64,000 bases of DNA from a virus. Taxonomy: Duplodnaviria > Caudoviricetes. Position 1 is the stretch's first letter. The number at the start of each line of letters is the position of its first letter. Of this stretch, positions 56,733 through 64,000 are shown one piece after another. The stretch lies in IMG/VR virus record IMGVR_UViG_3300028833_000071. One strand, given 5' to 3'. The position numbers were made by a program, and so were the translations under genes. The notes under the pieces were generated by a model. It was given only the letters and a program-made list of their open reading frames with translations, did no database searches and was not told the origin of the DNA.

Positions 56733-57125
56733 ATGGCATTTAAAAAAATTAATTTAACAGAAGAGCACTTGAAACTCATTGAAAACATCAAGTTCGAAAA
56801 GTTTATATTCGACATGGACACTAGAAATGGCCGCTTTGGTTGGGGAATCGACCAATATAGTCTTTTCGGTGGTAGTTATGCCATGGAAGATATTGCTTTG
56901 ATTCTTGGCCATTGGGGTGAGTACATAAAAGGCACCGAGGAAGACCCTATGGGAAGACGCTATCCCGAAGAAATGGAAAACCATATGTGGGACCTTTATA
57001 ACTATTTGTGGGATAATATGGAATATATAATCAAACTTGTGTTTTACTTCACTAATAAAGGCGGATTAACACCTGGTGAATACAAATTTAACACAAATGA
57101 CGAAACTTGGGAGAAAATAAACTAA
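56733..57125 (+). CDS. Hypothetical protein
   Basis: 130-aa ORF after a TTGTATATT motif. Confidence 0.7.
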   Translation: MAFKKINLTEEHLKLIENIKFEKFIFDMDTRNGRFGWGIDQYSLFGGSYAMEDIALILGHWGEYIKGTEEDPMGRRYPEEMENHMWDLYNYLWDNMEYIIKLVFYFTNKGGLTPGEYKFNTNDETWEKIN

Positions 57126-57138
57126 AATTTTATAAATT

Positions 57139-57459
57139 ATGGTAAAAGGATATGATATTTTAACAGGCCAAGAAATAGAGAAACTGGCTGATTGTAATTA
57201 CAAAAAAATGTGCCTTAATTGTACTTCTTGTCTTTCAGACACAGAAAAATACAGATGTAATAACGAAAAAGTAATGGCTGTTGGAAAGAAAAAGATTATG
57301 GACAGTCTTCCTGAAGGTTATGAAATTGAAAGTATATCATTAAAACCCATGGAATTGAAAGACCCAACTAAGAAATGTAAAAACTATGCCGCCAATATTG
57401 AGCAAATTACACAATTTGTTAGGTTTTTCTATGAAAACCAAACTGAAGAAAATAATTGA
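57139..57459 (+). CDS. Cys-rich hypothetical protein
   Basis: CLNC..C, C, C pattern. Confidence 0.65.
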   Translation: MVKGYDILTGQEIEKLADCNYKKMCLNCTSCLSDTEKYRCNNEKVMAVGKKKIMDSLPEGYEIESISLKPMELKDPTKKCKNYAANIEQITQFVRFFYENQTEENN

Positions 57460-57481
57460 TTAATTGAAATTTATGAAAACT

Positions 57482-57513
57482 AAAAGAGCACCTTGTTTAA
57501 GATGCTCTTTTTT
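57482..57513. terminator. Bidirectional intrinsic terminator
   Basis: AAAAGAGCA-loop-TGCTCTTTT. Confidence 0.75.
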
Positions 57514-57544
57514 GGTTGTTTATATTACTTTATTTAGAATATTA

Positions 57545-58045
57545 TTATTCTTTACCTAATTTTAAAATTTTCTTAACTGATTCATTAACCATATAGCATA
57601 AATCAGACATGGTAATATCCATTTTTTTGCTTTCACTTAATGTATTTGAAAGTTCATTTTTAAGGTGAAGTGCTTCTTCAGGACTTAAGTATTGTGGATT
57701 TCCATTACTATCTGGTTTATGGTTTAATTTTTTATAGAGTTTACTCCTTGCATTCTTATGCTCATTATCATCACCTTCTTTACCATTGCTGTCACTAATC
57801 GAAAGGCCTTCCAATTTGTATGCATAAGGAGCAATGTTTATGCCTGGTTTTTTCAATTCTTTTTCAACTGAGATTCTAACTTTGCGTTCTTTTTCAGTTT
57901 CATCATCAGAAGATTCATTGCTATTATAATCATAATCTTCACTTTCTTCATTATACATGTTGGAAAGGTCTGTTACACTCTCTTTAACTAATTTGTCTAT
58001 GATTTTATTAAGGCGTTGTTGCTCATTCATTATTTTCTTTTTCAT
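57545..58045 (-). CDS. Leader-bearing putative virion protein (leader-like motif at both ends)
   Basis: RLNKIIDKLVKESV and C-terminal ITMSDLCYMVNESVKKIL; late motif at 58063-58071. Confidence 0.7.
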   Translation of the reverse strand: MKKKIMNEQQRLNKIIDKLVKESVTDLSNMYNEESEDYDYNSNESSDDETEKERKVRISVEKELKKPGINIAPYAYKLEGLSISDSNGKEGDDNEHKNARSKLYKKLNHKPDSNGNPQYLSPEEALHLKNELSNTLSESKKMDITMSDLCYMVNESVKKILKLGKE

Positions 58046-58232
58046 GTAAAATATATTTTTACATAAATAGTTTTATTTTTCAAATTATTTGAAATTGTGG
58101 CATAGTTTTTGTATATTAGTATTTGTGTTATTGAAAAAAAAAAGAAAATATTTTTTAAAAATTATTTGTTTTTTTAAAATTTCGTTTGTATATTATTTTT
58201 GTTGTTTAATTATGAACTTAAAATTGAAACAT

Positions 58233-59885
58233 ATGGCAAACATGAACAATGGATTTATTAAGGCCAATACAATTGGCGCAGGTGCAAATGACGCACGTAC
58301 AGAGAATGGTGCAATTTCTTACGCAACAATAGGTACAGCATTGCTTGACCAATTTGGTAAGGCAGGTTCTTTCCGTGGAAGAGAACTCATGGATGTATGG
58401 GCTGACCAATCTAAGTTGTGGTCGGAGGACCCTGAAAACGCTTTGAAGTTCCCATTCTATCTTAGAATGATTACCCGCCAATCAAACATTTTGAACGGCA
58501 ATAAGACCGAAAAGGTCCAAAAGGGTCAAGGTAATCGTGATGAATCTTTCAAGAGATTGCTTTGGATTGCTAAGTACCATCCGGAAGAGTTCTATCTTAA
58601 CCTTTGGTTGCTTCCTATCGTAGGCTCATGGAAGGATTTGTGGACATTGCTTTCATTCGAAGGTGCTGATGAGTATCTGAAAGCCAATAAGTTCTTCGAG
58701 GTTATGGCTGAGGGTATTTCTGACCCTAACCACAAGGACCTTGTAAAGAAGTATTTGCCTCGTATCCGTTCAGACAAGAAATGTACCACTCCATGGGCTA
58801 AGTCTACTAATATGTTGGCTAAACTCTTTGCTAGAACAGCTGGTTGGTCTTATAAGGAATATCGTGAGTTTAAGGCTACTGGTATTGCACATAAGTTCCA
58901 AACCTATATTTGCAAGGGCCTTTATAGCAGCATTGATTGGAAGACTATTCCTGGTAAGGCTTTGCTTAACCTTGTTAGTGGAAACTTCTTGAAGGCACAT
59001 AACCTTGAAGATAGTTACATTGAATGGTTGAAGAAGCAACCTGTAGCTAAGTTTAATGGTTATGCTTATGAACTTGGCCGTAAACTTAAGGAGTGCAAAC
59101 TTAATCCTAGTTTGGCTACCAAGATTACAATTGACAAGCAATTTGATGGACTTATTCAGACTGCATCAAAGAATAATGGTGCAATACAAGGAAATGTCCT
59201 CTGTGCTCTTGATACATCAGGCTCCATGACCTCATTGGTTGATGCTAAAAACAACATTTCAGCATATGATGTGTGTGTTTCACTTGGTATCTACTTCTCA
59301 GAGTTGAATCAAGGTGCATTCCATAATGTAGTTGCAATGTTTGATAATACATCAAGATTGATGACTCTATCAGGTACATTTACTGATAAGTATACACAAA
59401 TTGCTCGTAGTTCTGTCGCTTGGGGGTCAACCGATTATATGTCATTAGTGAATTTAATTGTCAAAACAAGAAGAGAACATCCCGAAATTCCGGTTGAAGA
59501 CTACTGTAAGACCATTTGCGTAATCTCTGATATGCAATTCAATCCTTCAAATAGTTGGACTTACAGAAATAATAAACTTGCAGAGCAAACAAATTATGAG
59601 GCTACGATTAAAAAACTTCGTGAAGTATTCCCTGAAGAGTTTGTTAAAGATTTTAAAATTATTTGGTGGTATTGTTCCAATTCAAGAACAAGCGATTTTC
59701 CATCTACTATGGAAGACTCAGGCACTTACATGTTATCTGGCTTTGATGGTGCTATCGTAAGTTTTGTGCTCGGAGGGGATATACCAACAAAGGTAGATGA
59801 AAATGGTAATACAGTACAGCCTTCAATGGAAGATATTGTTAATGCAGCTCTCAATCAGGAAGTACTAAGTTTGGTTAAAAACTAA
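58233..59885 (+). CDS. TROVE/Ro-like helical domain plus vWA protein (DUF2828-type)
   Basis: TENGA, GQGNRD, GSWKDL, MIDAS-like ALDTSGSM, ISDMQF, LSGF; ATG 58233 (or 58212) preferred. Confidence 0.75.
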   Translation: MANMNNGFIKANTIGAGANDARTENGAISYATIGTALLDQFGKAGSFRGRELMDVWADQSKLWSEDPENALKFPFYLRMITRQSNILNGNKTEKVQKGQGNRDESFKRLLWIAKYHPEEFYLNLWLLPIVGSWKDLWTLLSFEGADEYLKANKFFEVMAEGISDPNHKDLVKKYLPRIRSDKKCTTPWAKSTNMLAKLFARTAGWSYKEYREFKATGIAHKFQTYICKGLYSSIDWKTIPGKALLNLVSGNFLKAHNLEDSYIEWLKKQPVAKFNGYAYELGRKLKECKLNPSLATKITIDKQFDGLIQTASKNNGAIQGNVLCALDTSGSMTSLVDAKNNISAYDVCVSLGIYFSELNQGAFHNVVAMFDNTSRLMTLSGTFTDKYTQIARSSVAWGSTDYMSLVNLIVKTRREHPEIPVEDYCKTICVISDMQFNPSNSWTYRNNKLAEQTNYEATIKKLREVFPEEFVKDFKIIWWYCSNSRTSDFPSTMEDSGTYMLSGFDGAIVSFVLGGDIPTKVDENGNTVQPSMEDIVNAALNQEVLSLVKN

Positions 59886-59921
59886 GTATTTTTAATTAAA
59901 AAATCATTAAAAAAGAGGACC

Positions 59922-60890
59922 TTAGTGGTTCTCTTTTTTTGTTTTTAAATACAATAATAATTTGTTTTTATTAGTAAAATACTTTTCATCATCCACTTTT
60001 TCTTTAGTAAAATAAATTAATTCAACATTATTGTTTTCGCATAATTTTAATTTTTGTTTATCTCTTTCAATTTGTTTTTCAAATTCTTTTTCGTCACCAA
60101 ATAGTTTAACCGGTTGAAAATGTTGTTTTCCTTGACATTCAATGGCGATGTTATAATCAGGTAGATAAAAATCTATAAATTGATGACATAAAGTCAAATT
60201 ATTAATTAACCATTCAAAAGTTTTTTGTCTTTCAAAATTTATATTATTTTCTTTTAAAAAATTGTTAATTTCAGATTCTAAATGTGATTCTTTACATTGA
60301 GGACAACCTGATTTTGAAGTTAAATGATGGTCAGGTCTAACCCAAAAGTTTCCATGTTTTGGGCAGATTACGCAAACTTTTGTGTCACAATTAATATACT
60401 TAACTTTTGAATAATCATATACATTACCATGAATATTAACTGCTTTTTTTATAAATTCTTCAGTATTACTTCTTTGTGAGTTTCCTCGTTTATTATCATA
60501 GCATTTAATACAGCCACCACCTCTTAAATGATTATTTGGTGTTTGCCAGAATTCACCATGTTTAGGACATATAATACAAACTTTTGTCTGTGCATTCACA
60601 TATTCTACCTTGGAATAATCATATTTATCTCTATGAACTCTTTTCGCTTTTTCTACAAAATCTTTAGTAGAAGATAATTTTTCTTTTGATAAATTTTGAT
60701 AATGGCACTTTTTACAGTTGCATCCCTCTAAATGAGAACCTGGTTCTTGCCAAAATTCACCGTGTTCAGGACAAATTATACAAACTTTTGTATGGTTATT
60801 AACATATTCCACCTTGGAATAATCATATTTATTACCATGGATTTTTCTTGCTTTTTCAATAAATTCTTCTGTTGTTAAATTTTTAGACAT
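59922..60890 (-). CDS. Putative homing endonuclease (three DUF723-type Zn repeats plus PD-(D/E)XK nuclease)
   Basis: YDYSKV.Y....TKVC.ICP.HG.FW..P..HL...GC..C three times; IDFYLPDYNIAIECQGKQH; late motif at 60905-60913. Confidence 0.8.
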   Translation of the reverse strand: MSKNLTTEEFIEKARKIHGNKYDYSKVEYVNNHTKVCIICPEHGEFWQEPGSHLEGCNCKKCHYQNLSKEKLSSTKDFVEKAKRVHRDKYDYSKVEYVNAQTKVCIICPKHGEFWQTPNNHLRGGGCIKCYDNKRGNSQRSNTEEFIKKAVNIHGNVYDYSKVKYINCDTKVCVICPKHGNFWVRPDHHLTSKSGCPQCKESHLESEINNFLKENNINFERQKTFEWLINNLTLCHQFIDFYLPDYNIAIECQGKQHFQPVKLFGDEKEFEKQIERDKQKLKLCENNNVELIYFTKEKVDDEKYFTNKNKLLLYLKTKKENH

Positions 60891-60953
60891 ATTGTTATTT
60901 TTTTATAAATAGTACTAATTTTTAGAAAATATTTGTTATATAACAAAATAAAT

Positions 60954-61814
60954 TCAAATCCAAAATAATTGTCCTTGTTTCATATTGGAATTTGGATGAA
61001 TATGTGGCCTAACGCCTTCGTTGATAAATTTATCTTTTTTAAGTTTAAATACTGTACGGGCGAATTTTCGTTCAAAACTTTTTATAACTTTTATTATAAA
61101 GTTAATAAATGATTCTTTTGATTTTCCGTTAAGATATTTTTCATCAATTTCGTTGCTTTTAAAGAATTTATAATTATCATAAAGTTTTTTAATCCAAATT
61201 GCTGCTTCAGTATTTTTAAGTATTTCGGCCCAATCGTCACAATAATTAACATTTGAAAGGTTTCCGTATAATCCATTAATCATGGCATCTTGTTCATTTC
61301 TGTCGGCACAATAATATACTTCTGCAATCCTTCTTGATATTTCGTTTTCAGATTCTAAATTTGAGATTGCTTTAAGATATTTGGGCGTAGGATATTTAGG
61401 CGATTGTAAAAAAGTATCCTTGAAAAAATGGTCTAATTCATGGTATATGGTATCATAAAATTCCTCATAATCATTATTTTCACCAATTGTATATAAAGGT
61501 ATCATAATCATATTTGTTATTGGGTTATAAGATTGCAAAATTATATGATTTGCCTGAAAATCTTCTTTTTCTTCAATGGTTTCAAAATAATAATTTGTAA
61601 CATAGATTGATACCCTTTTATTATTTAATGTAACAGTTTCTTTGTAATTTTTAACTAAAGTACCGTCATTTCGTTTTGTGAAATTTAATGAAGTTAAACT
61701 TTTGGTAATTGAATTAGCCGTTGCCTTAGCCACTTCATCGAAATCATTATTAATCCCAAATTCTTCTGTTATCAATCTATTAATCCGTTGTCTAAATATT
61801 TCGTCTCTTTTCAT
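60954..61814 (-). CDS. Zincin-like metallopeptidase (HExxH), putative virion cargo
   Basis: IYHELDHF; leader RINRLITEEFG; paralogue of 12898-13833. Confidence 0.55.
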   Translation of the reverse strand: MKRDEIFRQRINRLITEEFGINNDFDEVAKATANSITKSLTSLNFTKRNDGTLVKNYKETVTLNNKRVSIYVTNYYFETIEEKEDFQANHIILQSYNPITNMIMIPLYTIGENNDYEEFYDTIYHELDHFFKDTFLQSPKYPTPKYLKAISNLESENEISRRIAEVYYCADRNEQDAMINGLYGNLSNVNYCDDWAEILKNTEAAIWIKKLYDNYKFFKSNEIDEKYLNGKSKESFINFIIKVIKSFERKFARTVFKLKKDKFINEGVRPHIHPNSNMKQGQLFWI

Positions 61815-61902
61815 AATAAAGAATTTTCAATAAATACTATGATATTTTTGATTATTTTCAATAAAATTTGTAAATTTAAATTAAAATGTTATAAATTAAA
61901 AT

Positions 61903-62064
61903 ATGGCAAAGAAAACACAAACTTCATCATTTGGCGTTTCTGAAAAAGTAAATCATAATTCAGAAAGATTTTATAATTCAAAATTATATGAAGATATAAA
62001 GTTAAATAATATAGTAGAAATAGCAAATAATAGAATTTTAAACATAACAAATTATGAAAAATAA
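61903..62064 (+). pseudogene. Possible N-terminal remnant of a site-specific DNA methyltransferase
   Basis: 53-aa ORF MAKKTQTSSFGVSEKVNHNSERFYNSKLY resembles N-termini of N4/N6 MTases; no catalytic motifs follow. Confidence 0.35.
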
Positions 62065-62833
62065 AACAAATAAGGAAAAAGAAACTGTTAATGTTAAATT
62101 AGGCCATGAATATGTTGACCTTGGATTGCCAAGTGGTACATTGTGGGCCAAATGCAATATTGGTGCCAATTCACCTGAAGATTTCGGTGATTATTTTGCT
62201 TGGGGAGAAGTTAATGGTTACAAGTACGAGAATGAGCAATTTGTACTTGATGTAACTGGTAACCAAGAAGATGCTGTCACTTATGACAAAACAGTAAACG
62301 GATTCAGTTGGGAAAGTGGAACCAACACATACAAATTCGGTTCTTATGATGGTAAAGCATCTCCAGACTATGGTATGACAAAATACAATAAAACCGATGG
62401 CAAGACAGTTCTTGACCTTGAGGATGATGCTGCTTATGTCAATTGGGGAGAAAATTGGAGGATGCCCACAGTTGAAGAGATAAGTGAATTGATAGATTCA
62501 AAGAATACCAGTCATGAATTTACTTCAATGAATAATGTACAGGGTATATTGTTTACATCATTGTCCAATGGTAATACGTTGTTTGTCCCTTCTGCTGGTA
62601 GCGCTTGCGGTACTTCAGTCAATTACATTGGTGACTACGGTTACTGTTGGTCTGGTTTGCTGTATAGTGAGAATGTCTACAATGCGCGGCATTTGAGTTT
62701 CATTAGGGACAGGGATGATGTCTACGTCGACAACTACTACCGGTACAACGGGTTCTCTGTGCGCCCTGTATATAAAGATAAAATTCAAATTGTTGATGGT
62801 TTTAATCAATATGTAATTAATTTTCCCGAATAA
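62054..62833 (+). CDS. C-type-lectin-fold (Fib_succ/DUF1566-like) protein, DGR-target-like
   Basis: HEYVDLGLPSGTLWAKCNIGA, GDYFAWGE, DDAAYVNWG..WRMPT, LFVPSAG, RYNGFSVRPV. Confidence 0.8.
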   Translation: MKNKTNKEKETVNVKLGHEYVDLGLPSGTLWAKCNIGANSPEDFGDYFAWGEVNGYKYENEQFVLDVTGNQEDAVTYDKTVNGFSWESGTNTYKFGSYDGKASPDYGMTKYNKTDGKTVLDLEDDAAYVNWGENWRMPTVEEISELIDSKNTSHEFTSMNNVQGILFTSLSNGNTLFVPSAGSACGTSVNYIGDYGYCWSGLLYSENVYNARHLSFIRDRDDVYVDNYYRYNGFSVRPVYKDKIQIVDGFNQYVINFPE

Positions 62834-62854
62834 AAAATTAAAATTTAAAATAAA

Positions 62855-63304
62855 ATGACATTAGAAGAAAAAATACAAAAGGATTTGATGGATGCGACAA
62901 AGAATAAAGATAATTGCCGCATGGAAACATTAAGACTTGTCAAAACTGAAATAAGCAAAGTTAAAACGGCACCGAATTCAAAGGGCGTGTTAACTGATGA
63001 CGATGTTTTGAAAATAATGCAGAAAATGCAGAAAGAAAGACAAGAAACATCTGAAATATATAAGGCAAATGGCCGAAATGATTTGGCTGAAAAAGAATTA
63101 TCAGAATTAAACATTATTTCAGAATATTTGCCACAAAAACTTAGTGAAGATGAAGTTGAAAAAATAGTTAAAGAGATAATTGTTAATTTGAATGCCTCAA
63201 CAATAAAAGACATGGGTAAAGTAATGAAAGAGGCTTCAACAATAATCGGCTGTCGTTCTGATGGCAAAACTATTAGTTCAATTGTAAAGAAATGTTTAAG
63301 TTAA
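62855..63304 (+). CDS. yqeY: GatB/YqeY domain protein
   Basis: LEEKIQKDLMDA.K.KD, R.E...Y..NGR.DLAEKE..E..II.EYLP..LSE.E, KDMGKVM. Confidence 0.9.
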   Translation: MTLEEKIQKDLMDATKNKDNCRMETLRLVKTEISKVKTAPNSKGVLTDDDVLKIMQKMQKERQETSEIYKANGRNDLAEKELSELNIISEYLPQKLSEDEVEKIVKEIIVNLNASTIKDMGKVMKEASTIIGCRSDGKTISSIVKKCLS

Positions 63305-63335
63305 TAAGAATAATATAGTTTAATAATTTATAAAT

Positions 63336-63710
63336 ATGTCAATATGTTTTAATGGACGTGGTAATATTCGTCTAAAAAAAGAAACCGCAAAAGAGTTTAC
63401 AGATAAAATTGAAGGCCTTTTGAAAAAATGCAATGAACATAGTTTTAAGTACGACAGTGATAAAAATGTGTTTTATTTTGATAATTATGCAAGATATACC
63501 TTTATGGAAGATTGCAAACAGATTATTGAAGATAATATTGATTTAATTGAAGAAGGAAAGATTTTCTTTGTTTGTGATGACGAAGACGGAAGTGTTGAAA
63601 ATCCTTTTCCTTTTATGATTATGTATGAAATTGTCGAAGGAAAATTTTATGAGGAAACGCTTAAAAGTCGCTTACCTTTTGATTGGGAATTGCATTATGC
63701 CATTAAATAA
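63336..63710 (+). CDS. Hypothetical protein
   Basis: 124-aa ORF. Confidence 0.65.
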   Translation: MSICFNGRGNIRLKKETAKEFTDKIEGLLKKCNEHSFKYDSDKNVFYFDNYARYTFMEDCKQIIEDNIDLIEEGKIFFVCDDEDGSVENPFPFMIMYEIVEGKFYEETLKSRLPFDWELHYAIK

Positions 63711-63718
63711 ACAAAACC

Positions 63719-63994
63719 ATGAATTTAATAAAACAGACACTTTTAGATAATGGTTATATTGAATTAATGACCGGTTTTAACCGTTTTTATAAACCATTTA
63801 TAAGTGGCGGTTGCATTTTTGTCTTTTTAGACGAAATCAATCATTATGTTAGATTTGAATATAGGTATAACGATAACACAGAACAATTTATAGCACTTGA
63901 GCAAACGGTATTAGATATACTTGATACTTTTATCGTAGATACGGAAGAAAGATTTAAATTATTTAAAGATAACATAAAATTTAAAAAATTATAA
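63719..63994 (+). CDS. Hypothetical protein
   Basis: 91-aa ORF. Confidence 0.6.
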   Translation: MNLIKQTLLDNGYIELMTGFNRFYKPFISGGCIFVFLDEINHYVRFEYRYNDNTEQFIALEQTVLDILDTFIVDTEERFKLFKDNIKFKKL

Positions 63995-64000
63995 TTATGA

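Noticed and set aside
1-64000. Stop-codon reassignment (TAG or TGA recoding as in some gut megaphages)
   Set aside because: Core genes are full length in code 11; TAG ends genes at 10113, 35815, 45239, 49392 and 56367 and TGA ends others, with tight packing.
1-64000. CRISPR array, tRNA or rRNA genes
   Set aside because: No regularly spaced repeats with unique spacers and no cloverleaf or rRNA-like segment recognised by eye; tRNAscan and Infernal were not run.

Overview
AT-rich segment of a large T4-like (myovirus-type, probably jumbo) dsDNA phage genome. The standard genetic code fits. The host is probably Bacteroidota, inferred from A-rich translation starts without Shine-Dalgarno motifs and from Bacteroidales-type accessory genes. 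The minus strand carries the head and packaging module: portal, neck, large terminase, major capsid protein, scaffold, prohead protease and acidic core proteins. The plus strand carries a gp55-like late sigma candidate, glycosyltransferases, a gp5-like spike gene, and accessory genes (ClpC-like ATPase, two adenine methyltransferases, UvrD-like helicase, phosphoesterase, HD, Nudix, AAA, CofE-like, TROVE/vWA-like, Tad2-like, YqeY). About 25 copies of one motif (ACTATTTAT in gene sense) mark the structural/late genes. Main discovery candidate: an intact IS1595-family element (13848-15554; 26-bp TIRs, 8-bp TSD) carries a phage-like passenger gene with its own late-promoter motif, a terminator and a putative capsid-targeting leader (MNKKQTIRLNESQ...ESVK..L.E). 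Several transposase-less relics of the same architecture lie across the window, and one TIR pair brackets the 10.2-kb capsid/scaffold/protease block. This suggests transposon-delivered virion-cargo cassettes. Other candidates: a programmed -1 frameshift in a head core gene, a DGR-type variable region, a ClpC with a degenerate NBD1, and two small structured RNAs. All product calls come from motif recognition by eye; no database searches were run.
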